Made by a program: the position numbers and the translations under genes
Source: a bacterium
GTDB lineage: Bacteria; Chloroflexota; Dormibacteria; Aeolococcales; Bog-877
Reading direction: 5' to 3'
DNA length: 64,000 nucleotides
NCBI GenBank assembly: GCA_021801645.1
Contig: JAJYXT010000010.1
Coordinates: 25,052 to 89,051, forward strand
The notes under the pieces: generated by a model
Database searches by the model: none
Told to the model about the DNA's origin: nothing
Seen by the model: the letters and a program-made list of their open reading frames with translations, nothing else
In this document: positions 47,116 to 58,273 of the stretch, piece by piece
Layout: every line of letters begins with the position of its first letter
Numbering within the stretch: the stretch's first letter is position 1

Positions 47116-48374
47116 GGGGCGCCCCCGTCCTCCACCGGCGACAGGTCGAAGACCTCCTCGACGATCCGCCGGCGCTCGGGGTCGTCGGCGTTCTCGCGAA
47201 GGAAGGCGATGGGTGGGTGGATCAGCTTGGCGGCTATGGCCTGGGTGAGGCGCTCGAGCTGGCGGCGCTCAGCGTCGCCCAGCTGGGGCATCCTGGCCAT
47301 GGCGCGCCGCAACTCCCCTCGCCTGACCACCTCGGCCCGGTCCACCAACCTGGCGATGGTCGGGCCGGCCTCGCGAGCGGCGAGCTCCTCCGAGACCGCC
47401 TCGACCGCCCGGCTCACCGCCAGCTCCGCCTGCGGGCGGTGCATCTCCCGCGCCTTCAGATTGGCGGCCACCTCCTCGCCGAGGTCGTCAAGGTCGAGCA
47501 GCTCCACACCATCCAGCTCCCCGGCCTCCGGTTCCACGTCTCGCGGTACGGCGAGATCGAGTATCAGCAGGCGCCCCTTTTGGCCACGCAGCGCTGCCAC
47601 GTCCGCGGCGGTCAAGACCCGGGCCTGACTGCTGGTGCTGCAGACCACCAGCGAGATCCTGCCAGCAAACTCCCTGAGCTCGGGCAGCTCCACCAGCCGG
47701 GCATCCACCGCCTGGGCCAGGGCCTGCGCTCGTGGACCCCGCCTGGCCACCAGGATGGGAGCGCAGCCCGCACCGGCCAGGAGACGCGCCGCCGCCCCGC
47801 CGATGCTGCCGCCGCCAACCATCAGGACCCCCAGCCCGGTCAGGTCGCCAAGGCGCCTGCGGGCGGCCTCAACCGCCACCTGCCCGTACCCGACCGCCTG
47901 CCGGGAAATCCCCGTGGTGCTCCGCACCAGCTTGGAGGTCTCGATGGCCCGGCGCATCAGGAGGTCTAGGTCTCCACTCAGAGTCCCAGCATCGCGGGCC
48001 AGCCGATGGGCACGCTTGAACTGGGAGAGCACCTGAGCCTCCCCCAGGATGGCGCTGTCCAGCCCGCTGGCGACGCGGAAGAGGTGGACCATCGCCTCCG
48101 GACCGGTGCGGCTCATGACCAGGCCGGCCAGCTGCGCCCGGCCCTCCAGGTAGTGGAAGAAGCGCGAGGTCGCCCGCCGGGCCTCGGCTGCGCTCCTGGT
48201 CTGGAGATAGAACTCCGTGCGGTTGCAGGTGCTGAGGCACGCCGCCCCCACCAGCCCCGAGTGACCCACGAGGGCCCGCAGCGACTCGACCACCTGACCG
48301 TCATCCAAGTGGAGCCGCTCGCGTACCGGAAGGGGCGCCAGACGGTGGCTTATACCGGTGACGACGAATGGCAA
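47112..48374 (-). CDS. hemA: Glutamyl-tRNA reductase
   Basis: GISH...RE, STCNRTE, ASGLDS..LGEAQ, DLAVPRD; TTG start downstream of a TATACT box. Confidence 0.93.
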   Translation of the reverse strand: MPFVVTGISHRLAPLPVRERLHLDDGQVVESLRALVGHSGLVGAACLSTCNRTEFYLQTRSAAEARRATSRFFHYLEGRAQLAGLVMSRTGPEAMVHLFRVASGLDSAILGEAQVLSQFKRAHRLARDAGTLSGDLDLLMRRAIETSKLVRSTTGISRQAVGYGQVAVEAARRRLGDLTGLGVLMVGGGSIGGAAARLLAGAGCAPILVARRGPRAQALAQAVDARLVELPELREFAGRISLVVCSTSSQARVLTAADVAALRGQKGRLLILDLAVPRDVEPEAGELDGVELLDLDDLGEEVAANLKAREMHRPQAELAVSRAVEAVSEELAAREAGPTIARLVDRAEVVRRGELRRAMARMPQLGDAERRQLERLTQAIAAKLIHPPIAFLRENADDPERRRIVEEVFDLSPVEDGGAP

Positions 48375-48417
48375 CCCGAGATCGAGTATAGACCGTGCCG
48401 CCCACGACCAGGAAGGA

Positions 48418-49563
48418 TCAGAGGGTGATGCTCCCCTCGGCCTGGGCGGCAGCCTCCCGGTAGGCGAGCTCCTCCCGGCGGATGAGGTCGGGATTGGTCC
48501 CCCTCGCCGTGGCCAGGTCCAGCGCCAGCAGCTGGATCCCCATGGCGGCACCCAGGGTGGCCGCCACCCGCGAGTCGAGCCGAGCGGCGGGTGGGAGGCG
48601 CAGGGGAGGCGTGGAGAGCAGGGAAGTGGCGAAGTCCGCCGGCACGAACGGCCCGGCGATGAGGATCGTCCTGGCTCCCACCATGCGGGCTGCGGCAAGG
48701 GCCCGACGGGTGCGCTCAAGAAGGCGCGGGCCGGCTCCCGGGTCGGCCAGCACGGCCACGACCGCGGAGGAGGAGTCCACTGCCGCCAGGTGGCCGTGGA
48801 GGAACGTCTCCAGCTGATGGCTGAGCGCCGGGATCCGAGACCCCTCGGCGATCTTCAGGGCCAGCTCCCTGGCCGCCACGTAGTCAGCGCCTCCACCCAC
48901 GCAGGTCACGCTGGAGCTCTGAGCGAGAGCTGTCGCCGCCAGCTCCGACCCGGGCCCAAGGTCAGCCAGACAGCGGTGCAGGTACTCTCCGGCGGCCTCT
49001 GGGTCGAGCTGAGAACCGGCCAGATGGGCGGCCACGTCCGCACCGACCAGGATGGGCGAGAGGTAACCCACGGTGTGGCACCAGGAGCGATCCACCTGGG
49101 GGGTCCTGGCCAGCTCCCGGACCGCCCGCCCGGCTGAGCTGGCGGGGGCAGCCGTGATCAGGGCGGTGTCGGCGCCCACCTCCCGGGCGGCCTCGATCGC
49201 CGCCACCGTGGCTGCGGTCTCACCCTCATGGGAGATCGCCACACACAATCCGGGCCAGGGGTCGAGGGCGGCCTCCAACGCCTGCCGGGGGCGTACCAGC
49301 GCCTGACGGCCGACGGCGCTCCCCACCAGGTCGGAGAAGGCCATGGCGGCGTGCTCGCTGGTCCCGCAGCCGCTGACGGCCACCATGGCGCCGCGGGCGA
49401 GGGCGGAGGCGATGAGGGGGGAGATCCGAAGGCGCCCCTCCCCCTCCGCCAGGATCTGCACAGCGAGCCGCGGCTCCGCGGCCACCATCTCGGACATCAC
49501 CCACGGAGGACCCTCACGCCACTCGGGGAACCCGGCGGGCAAGGGGTCGTGGTCGGGGCTCAT
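48418..49563 (-). CDS. SIS-domain (sugar isomerase/GlmS-like) protein
   Basis: GCGTSEHAA, ISHEGET, SWCHTVGY, ELALKIAE, E.FLHG, RGTNPD. Confidence 0.85.
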   Translation of the reverse strand: MSPDHDPLPAGFPEWREGPPWVMSEMVAAEPRLAVQILAEGEGRLRISPLIASALARGAMVAVSGCGTSEHAAMAFSDLVGSAVGRQALVRPRQALEAALDPWPGLCVAISHEGETAATVAAIEAAREVGADTALITAAPASSAGRAVRELARTPQVDRSWCHTVGYLSPILVGADVAAHLAGSQLDPEAAGEYLHRCLADLGPGSELAATALAQSSSVTCVGGGADYVAARELALKIAEGSRIPALSHQLETFLHGHLAAVDSSSAVVAVLADPGAGPRLLERTRRALAAARMVGARTILIAGPFVPADFATSLLSTPPLRLPPAARLDSRVAATLGAAMGIQLLALDLATARGTNPDLIRREELAYREAAAQAEGSITL

Positions 49564-49654
49564 CGTGCCGCACCTCCGGATGGGGCCGCCGCGGATCTTG
49601 GCCAGGGTACCGCCTCCACCCCGCTCCGGTCGAACCAGGGTGCCCTTGGCTAGG

Positions 49655-50614
49655 ATGGAGTCCGTGCACGAGCCGACCCCCGGCGGCGCCGCCTCCCAGG
49701 AGGGCGACGAAGCCGCCACCTCTGCCGGGCCCCGCCTGGAGCGGGTCCGCTGGGGGAGAGAGCGGGGACCAGGGGCCCCGGGGGATCGACTGGCTCCCAG
49801 GCTGGGGCCGAGCAGCCCGGAGCTGGCTCCCTTCCACAATCCCATCGCGCTCGTGGAGCGGCGAGATGGCGAAGTGGGTGCCAGCACGCACCTGCCCACG
49901 TTGGACGCGCCCCTGGAGGAGGTGGATTTCGTGGCCCTCGACTGCGAGACCACCGGCCACTTCCCTCACCGGATGGTGGAGCTGGGCGCGGTCCGGTTCC
50001 AGCTGGACGCTGCGGCCGACGGCCAGCGGCCGCGACTGCTGCTCGAGAGCCTGGTGCACACCACCGATCACATCAACCCCTACGCCAGGCGCGTCCACGG
50101 CATCTCCCGCTCGATGCTCACCGGCGCGCCGCCGCCCCACCGGGTCGCGCTCACCTACCATCGGTTCTCAAGGGGGGCGGTGCCCCTCGAGCACAGCGCG
50201 GACGCCTTCGACACCCGCCTGGTGGCCAAGGCGCTCGATCGACCCCCGCCCCGGCTGCACCTCGATACCTCCAGGATGGCTGGCTTTCTCTTCAACCTCC
50301 GGGACACCATCGGCCTCGAGCGCCTCTGCGAGCGGCTGGGGGTGACCCATCGCCAGCCCCACTTCGCCCTCGCCGATGCCGAGGCCACCGCCGACTGCTT
50401 CGTGGAGCTGGTGAAGATCGGTCGACGGGATCACGGCTGGCGCACGCTGGGCGACCTCCTCGCAGTCGGCATGCCTCCCGAGCCCCGCCCCGTCGAGGCG
50501 CCGAAGTCGAGGCCTAGGGCCGACGGGGAGGCAGCGCCGCCCGGCAGGAGGCGTCGCCACCGTGGTGGCCGGCGGCGGCGTCCTGCGGCCACCGCCCCGG
50601 AAGGAGGCTCCTGA
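49655..50614 (+). CDS. DEDDh 3'-5' exonuclease (DnaQ-like)
   Basis: ALDCETTG, VHGI, AFD, DT, HFALADAEAT; Arg-rich tail; start may be GTG 49664. Confidence 0.87.
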   Translation: MESVHEPTPGGAASQEGDEAATSAGPRLERVRWGRERGPGAPGDRLAPRLGPSSPELAPFHNPIALVERRDGEVGASTHLPTLDAPLEEVDFVALDCETTGHFPHRMVELGAVRFQLDAAADGQRPRLLLESLVHTTDHINPYARRVHGISRSMLTGAPPPHRVALTYHRFSRGAVPLEHSADAFDTRLVAKALDRPPPRLHLDTSRMAGFLFNLRDTIGLERLCERLGVTHRQPHFALADAEATADCFVELVKIGRRDHGWRTLGDLLAVGMPPEPRPVEAPKSRPRADGEAAPPGRRRRHRGGRRRRPAATAPEGGS

Positions 50615-51720
50615 CCGCCTTCCTTCAGATCCTGGAGGGGCTCCTGGGGGCCGCCGTGGTTCTGGGCGCGTGGGCCAGCATCGTGCGGGAGCTGGTCGTC
50701 CCCCGCGGGGGCTACGGCTGGGTGGTCACGGCCGCCTCGCGGGTCTCCCGGCGCGCGCTCAATCTGGTGGCCGGCCGCAGGGAGCGGTACGAGGACAAGG
50801 ACCGGCTTCTGGCGCTGCAGGGGCCGGCCATCCTCATCGGAGGGCTGGCGACCTGGCTCGGCGCACTGCTCTTGGGATACGGACTGCTGCTCTCTGCGGC
50901 GACCGGAGAGACGCTGGGAGGAGGGCTCCGCCTGGCCGGATCGGCCCTCTTCACCCTGGGATTCGCCACCAGCAACCACCCCGGCCCACTGGCGCTGACC
51001 TTTCTCGCGGCGGCCAGCGGCCCCACGCTGATCGCCGTCCAGATCGCCTACCTCCCCACCATCTACTCCGCCTTCAACCGGCGCGAGACGCTGGTCACGC
51101 TGCTGCAGTTCCGGGCTGGGGCCCCGGCCTGGGGACCAGAGATCTTGATCCGCCACCAGCTCATCGGGATCTCGGGGAGCCTGGGAGAGCTTTACCGGAG
51201 ATGGGAGGAGTGGGCGGCGGACCTCGCCGAGAGCCACTCCACCTACCCGGTTCTCCTGACTCTCCGATCGCCGCACCCCCTACGGTCCTGGATTGTGTCG
51301 CTGCTGGCTGTGCTGGACTCGGCGGCGCTGTGCCTCAGCCTCTGCCCCACCTCCGCGCCGGTCGAGGCCAGGGCCTGCCTGCGCATGGGTTACGCGGCCC
51401 TGCGGGCGGTCTGCGACACCATGCGGATCCCGTACGCACCCGATCCCCGTCCGGACGACCCCATCCAGCTGACCGAGCCGGAGTTCCAGGCGGCCTGCGA
51501 GATGCTCGCGAAGGCCGGTTTCCCCGCCGAACGCACCTGGGAGGATGCATGGCCGCACTTCCACGGCTGGCGGGTGAACTACGAGTCAACGGCGTACGCT
51601 CTCGCGGACCTCCTGGACGCTCCTCCGGGGCCATGGAGCGGCCCGCGGCGAAGCTTCCCCGGCATGGTCATCCAGCCGCAGCGTCCGGCCGACCGCCGAC
51701 CCGGGGCGCCCGAGGGATGA
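50611..51720 (+). CDS. Membrane protein with a channel pore-loop-like segment; probable CTG start
   Basis: TM-GSALFTLGF-TM, IAYLPTIYSAFNRRE, ESH..YP, WPHFHGWR.NYE; first TM helix LTAFLQILEGLLGAAVV begins upstream of GTG 50656. Confidence 0.75.
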   Translation: MTAFLQILEGLLGAAVVLGAWASIVRELVVPRGGYGWVVTAASRVSRRALNLVAGRRERYEDKDRLLALQGPAILIGGLATWLGALLLGYGLLLSAATGETLGGGLRLAGSALFTLGFATSNHPGPLALTFLAAASGPTLIAVQIAYLPTIYSAFNRRETLVTLLQFRAGAPAWGPEILIRHQLIGISGSLGELYRRWEEWAADLAESHSTYPVLLTLRSPHPLRSWIVSLLAVLDSAALCLSLCPTSAPVEARACLRMGYAALRAVCDTMRIPYAPDPRPDDPIQLTEPEFQAACEMLAKAGFPAERTWEDAWPHFHGWRVNYESTAYALADLLDAPPGPWSGPRRSFPGMVIQPQRPADRRPGAPEG

Positions 51721-51744
51721 GGGCGGGGGCTAACGCCCCCGCCC
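51721..51744. terminator. 10-bp hairpin between convergent genes
   Basis: GGGCGGGGGC-TAAC-GCCCCCGCCC. Confidence 0.6.
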
Positions 51745-51750
51745 CCAGGG

Positions 51751-53058
51751 TCAGCCGATGGCCCGGCGGCGCTCCCAGCGCCCGAGGCCAAGCAGGGACA
51801 GTCCCAGGAGAATCAGCGCCGCAGTGAGGCCGATCTCCAGCCCCGCACCGGTGCCCGGGGTGCCGGTCGAGGCACCCAGGACTCCCCCTCCCGATGACGC
51901 AGTGGTCACGGTCGAGGTCCCGTCGGCCTGGACGGATGTGCCGTCCGAGCTGACCGTCACGGTCACGGTGTCAGTCAGCGAGGTCCCGGCCGCGGGGGCG
52001 TAATCGGAAACCGTAAATGAGCAGGTGACCGAGTTGCCGGGATCCAACTGGGTCCCGACCAGCGACTGGCACTCGTTAGCGGTGGTGCCAGAGTAGGAGT
52101 CGGTGATCGCCGTGATCGTCTCGATGACCTGGCTGGTGTTGGTGATCACCGCCTTGAAGGGCACCGATGCCCCAGGGCTGGGAGCCTCCTCGGTCTGCTG
52201 GTAGGTGCCGTCCCCATCCGCGTCATTGCTCTTAACCACGGTGAGGGTCGGCTGGTTCCCCGACGGGCTCGGGGTCGGGGTCGAGCTGCTAGACGGGCTC
52301 GGGGTCGGGGTCGAGCTGCTGGACGGGCTCGGGGTCGGGGTCGAGCTGCTGGACGGGCTCGGCGTCGGTGTCGAGCTGCTGGACGGGCTCGGGGTCGGGG
52401 TCGAGCTGCTGGACGGGCTCGGGGTCGGGGTCGAGCTGCTGGACGGGCTCGGCGTTGGTGTCGAGCTGCTGGACGGGCTCGGCGTCGGTGTCGGCCCAGG
52501 GCAGTTCACCCAGAACGTCTTGTGCTTCTGAGGGTCCTGCAGAAACTGAAGCTTGAAGTGGAAGCCCTCGCCGTTGACCGGGCTGTCCCCGTTGGCGATG
52601 GCATCAGCGATGAGGGTCTTGACCTTGATCACGGCCATCACCTGGTCGCCCCCCTGGGACTGGTTGTAGTTCCAGGTTGCCAGGGCGGGGTTGGCCTTGG
52701 TACCAGGCCACGCCTGGTCCTCCTTGTATCCGGGCCGGTTCAGGTCCCCGGAACCGCTTCCCGAGGGCGGCCAGCCATCAATGGTGAACTGGCCGGAAGC
52801 GTCCGCCATGGTGACGCCCCAGAGGTTGATGTCCTGGCAGGCGAGGTGAGGGTCCATCTCATGCCCCGGCCCGGCGGGCTGGCCCACGTTATCCACCCAG
52901 ACGTCCTCGTGGTTCGGGTTCCCTGAGCCGGACGAGCTGGATGCCGGAGACACCTGGCCGGCCGCAAGCACCGCCATCGGCAGCGAGAGCGCCAGGCAGA
53001 GTGCACCGGCACCGGTCGCCGCCCAGGTCTTCCATCGCCGATTGGTCGCTCTAAGCAC
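51751..53058 (-). CDS. Secreted, probably cell-wall-anchored protein with a Pro/Ser/Thr linker and Ig-like domain
   Basis: Signal peptide; (PTPSPSSSST)n; C-terminal TPGTG + hydrophobic helix + RRR; AAGGAGG RBS. Confidence 0.82.
   Translation of the reverse strand: MLRATNRRWKTWAATGAGALCLALSLPMAVLAAGQVSPASSSSGSGNPNHEDVWVDNVGQPAGPGHEMDPHLACQDINLWGVTMADASGQFTIDGWPPSGSGSGDLNRPGYKEDQAWPGTKANPALATWNYNQSQGGDQVMAVIKVKTLIADAIANGDSPVNGEGFHFKLQFLQDPQKHKTFWVNCPGPTPTPSPSSSSTPTPSPSSSSTPTPSPSSSSTPTPSPSSSSTPTPSPSSSSTPTPSPSSSSTPTPSPSSSSTPTPSPSGNQPTLTVVKSNDADGDGTYQQTEEAPSPGASVPFKAVITNTSQVIETITAITDSYSGTTANECQSLVGTQLDPGNSVTCSFTVSDYAPAAGTSLTDTVTVTVSSDGTSVQADGTSTVTTASSGGGVLGASTGTPGTGAGLEIGLTAALILLGLSLLGLGRWERRRAIG
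52262..52493. repeat. Coding 30-bp tandem repeat, 7 full units plus a partial one
   Basis: GACGGGCTCGG(G/C)GT(C/T)GG(G/T)GTCGAGCTGCT(G/A) repeated head to tail. Confidence 0.95.
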
Positions 53059-53255
53059 TCGTGCCTCCTTGGCCTGGGCCGACGGCCCCGGCTCCGCTCT
53101 TTAAATCAGCGACCACGACCCTTCCGACCGCCTCATCCGGTCGAGCCGTCCCGCTTCCCATCCTTCCGCGTCTCGCCCACACTCGGGCCCTACGCAAGAA
53201 GAAACGCCCGGGTCACTACTACTACCCAGTTCCGTGACCCGGCCTGACGGCCTCG

Positions 53256-54347
53256 TTACGAGGCGGACTCGGCTCCAGCCAGCCGGCGGGCCTGATCCGC
53301 CTGGCGCAAGGGGTCCACCACCAGTTCCAGCTCCCCGTCGAGGATCCGCGGGAGCTGGTAGAGGGTGAGGTCGATGCGATGGTCGGTGACGCGGTTCTCC
53401 CGGAAGTTGTAGGTGCGGATCTTCTCGCTGCGGTCACCGTGTCCGACCATGGAGAGCCGGGTCTCCCGCAGCTCCCGGTCCTTCTCGGCCCGCATCCGGT
53501 CATATAGCCGGGAGCGGAGCACCCGCAGCGCCTTGGCTCGGTTCTTGTGCTGGGACTTCTCGTCCTGGCAGGTGACCACGAGGCCGGTGGGGAGATGGGT
53601 GATCCGGACCGCGGAGTCGGTGGTGTTGACGCTCTGCCCGCCCGGCCCGGTCGAGCGGAAGACGTCCACCTTCAGATCCTCGTCGCGGATCTCCACCTCC
53701 AGATCCTCGGCCTCGGGCAGCACCACCACGCTGGCCGCCGAGGTGTGAACCCGTCCCTGGGACTCGGTCTGGGGGACGCGCTGCACCCGGTGCACCCCGC
53801 TTTCGAACTGGAGGTGGCCGTAGGCGGATCGGCCGTGGACCTCGAGGACCACCTCCTTCAACCCACCGGCCTCGCTGGGGGAGCTGTCGATCATCTCCAC
53901 CTTCCAGCGCTGCCGCTCCGCATAGCGGAGGTACATGCGCAGGAGGTCGGCGGCGAACAGGGCGGCCTCCTCCCCGCCGGTGCCAGCACGGATCTCCACC
54001 ACCGCGTCGCGCCGCTCGTCCGGATCCTCCGGCAGAAGAAGAAGCCGGAGCTCGCCGACCGCGGCCTGGGCGGCGGCCTGTTCGCGCCGGGCCTCCCCCT
54101 CCAGGAAGCCGCGCATCTCGGGGTCGGCCTCGCCGGCGGCCAGCCCCTCGGCCTCCAGGGCACGACGGTCCGCCTCCTCGGCCTTCTCCAGCAGGTCCAG
54201 AACCGGGCGGAGCTGCGCCAGCTCCCGCCCGACCGGCTCCAGCCTCCGAGGGTCCAGCTCAGGATCCTGGAGCTGGCGCTCCAGCTCCAAGCGTCGCTCC
54301 CGGGCTTGGTCCAGCCGCGCCTGCAAGTTGGGTGGGAGGGTGGCCAT
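53256..54347 (-). CDS. prfA: Peptide chain release factor 1
   Basis: EIRAGTGGEEA, RVPQTES (PxT), GPGGQ, RSEKIRTYN. Confidence 0.96.
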   Translation of the reverse strand: MATLPPNLQARLDQARERRLELERQLQDPELDPRRLEPVGRELAQLRPVLDLLEKAEEADRRALEAEGLAAGEADPEMRGFLEGEARREQAAAQAAVGELRLLLLPEDPDERRDAVVEIRAGTGGEEAALFAADLLRMYLRYAERQRWKVEMIDSSPSEAGGLKEVVLEVHGRSAYGHLQFESGVHRVQRVPQTESQGRVHTSAASVVVLPEAEDLEVEIRDEDLKVDVFRSTGPGGQSVNTTDSAVRITHLPTGLVVTCQDEKSQHKNRAKALRVLRSRLYDRMRAEKDRELRETRLSMVGHGDRSEKIRTYNFRENRVTDHRIDLTLYQLPRILDGELELVVDPLRQADQARRLAGAESAS

Positions 54348-54383
54348 GTCCTCAGCCCTCAAGCCGCCGGTGGCGGCCCCGTG

Positions 54384-54593
54384 CTAGCGCTGGGCCTTCT
54401 GGGCGCGCCGCCGGAACCGCTCGACCTGACCCCCGGTGTCCACGATCCGCTGCTCCCCGGTGAAGAACGGGTGGCAGACGCTGCAGACTTCGGTGTGGAG
54501 GGTCTTCTGGGTCGACCCGGTGGTGAAGGTGTTCCCGCAGGAGCAGGTGACCACCGCGTCGTGGAAGTACTCAGGATGGATGCTCGCTTTCAT
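54384..54593 (-). CDS. rpmE: 50S ribosomal protein L31 (Zn-binding type)
   Basis: [24 protein letters not shown]. Confidence 0.96.
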   Translation of the reverse strand: MKASIHPEYFHDAVVTCSCGNTFTTGSTQKTLHTEVCSVCHPFFTGEQRIVDTGGQVERFRRRAQKAQR

Positions 54594-54605
54594 CTCCACT
54601 CCAGC

Positions 54606-55883
54606 TTAGCAGAGGGTCGCCGCGGCTCCGCCCACGGGCCGTGTGAAATTGCCCACCGCCAGTCCGGGAAGAGCCCTGGTGAGCCGGGACACCAGCTCTT
54701 CCATGCCCAGCCCCGGCTCCAACTGAGGGAGCCGATCGAGGATCCAGGCGGGGTCGCCGTTCAGGGTGCGGAGCTGCAGCTGATCGACCGAGATCTCCCG
54801 GAGCACATCCAAGGTTAGAGCCACCTCCGAGGGGCTGTCGGTCACCCCGGGGAAGGTGAGCAGGTTCACGGTGACCTGGGCACCCAGGGATGCGGCCAGC
54901 CGGGCCGACTGGATCACCTGTTCTATCCCGTATCCGCGGGGGCGGTAGTAGGCGGCGAAGAGGTCCTGGCGGAAGCTGAAGACGCTGATCCGGCAGCTGT
55001 TCACCCCCGCCTCCACCAGCCGCCGCAACGCCTCCGGCCGGCTGGCGTTCGTGTTGACGTGGATGGTGGCCCGGGGGTGGTGGCGGCGGAGCTCCGCGGT
55101 GACCGGAACCAGCACCCGCTCACGCAGCAGCGGCTCCCCCTCGCAGCCCTGGCCGAAGCTGACCATCCCCGCCTCCCCCGCCGCCTCGCAGCGGCCGAGG
55201 TGGGAGTGGCCCACCTCGAGCAGCTCCTGGGCGGTGGGCGCGCGGTGCATCCGAGGCTGGGGAGTGGGGGCGCCGGAGTCGGTCTGGAGGGAGATGCAGC
55301 CGAGGCAGTCGGCGTTGCAGGCCGCCGAGGTCGGGAGCGCCCCCTCGTGGCGGCCCAGGAAGGTGTTCTGGGCAGTGAGGCAGTTGTGCTCCAGCGCGCA
55401 GACCGAGAGCTGGGCCACCACCGCGTTGCGGGGCAGCTCCCACTGAAGCGCCGCCACCGCTGCCGCGAGCTGCGACCGCCCGGGGCGACGACCGGTCCAG
55501 GGGGGGTAGTCATCGGTCCGGGCAGCAGCCACCACGACCTCTCCGTCCCGGTCGGCCACGGCGGTGTACCCATAGAGGGGCAGGGTCGGTGCGCTTGGCT
55601 CGGGACGGTGGGGCGGCAAAAGGAGCCTTAGGTAGCCCACCGGGAGCACCGCCGCCACCGGCAGGGGATGCGACCCGCCCACCGTGCCCACCTCCCCTCC
55701 CGGCCGCCGAGCCAGTCCCAGCCGTTGGGGAAGGTGCATCAGGGTGGTGCCCTGGGGCATCGGTATCCAGCTCTCGATATCGACCCAGCGGCGGCCACTC
55801 TGGCCGACGGCCCGCCAGCCCGGAGGGGCGACCACCATCTCCCCGCTCGGATCGCTGAGGAGCGGCCGCAGTGCCGCGGCCAC
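54606..55883 (-). CDS. Radical SAM protein of unknown function
   Basis: CNADCLGC (CxxxCxxC), SFGQGCEGEP, NTNAS, FPGVTD. Confidence 0.9.
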   Translation of the reverse strand: MAAALRPLLSDPSGEMVVAPPGWRAVGQSGRRWVDIESWIPMPQGTTLMHLPQRLGLARRPGGEVGTVGGSHPLPVAAVLPVGYLRLLLPPHRPEPSAPTLPLYGYTAVADRDGEVVVAAARTDDYPPWTGRRPGRSQLAAAVAALQWELPRNAVVAQLSVCALEHNCLTAQNTFLGRHEGALPTSAACNADCLGCISLQTDSGAPTPQPRMHRAPTAQELLEVGHSHLGRCEAAGEAGMVSFGQGCEGEPLLRERVLVPVTAELRRHHPRATIHVNTNASRPEALRRLVEAGVNSCRISVFSFRQDLFAAYYRPRGYGIEQVIQSARLAASLGAQVTVNLLTFPGVTDSPSEVALTLDVLREISVDQLQLRTLNGDPAWILDRLPQLEPGLGMEELVSRLTRALPGLAVGNFTRPVGGAAATLC

Positions 55884-55885
55884 TG

Positions 55886-58181
<2,296 letters not shown>

Positions 58182-58273
58182 GAACGCCTCCCGAATTCAG
58201 TCAGATGGTGGTCGCCCGCCCGCCCGGGACCCCGAGAAGCGTACCAAGGAGGCCCGGCGGCGCCGTGCCGGCT

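Noticed and set aside
52262..52493. 30-bp repeats as a CRISPR array
   Set aside because: The units are contiguous with no spacers, in frame within a CDS, vary only at synonymous positions, and no cas genes are present.
53059..53255. Riboswitch upstream of the surface-protein gene
   Set aside because: Some pairing is possible (GACGGCTC/GGGCCGTC, CGACCG/CGGTCG), but there is no recognisable aptamer consensus and such stems are expected at this GC content.
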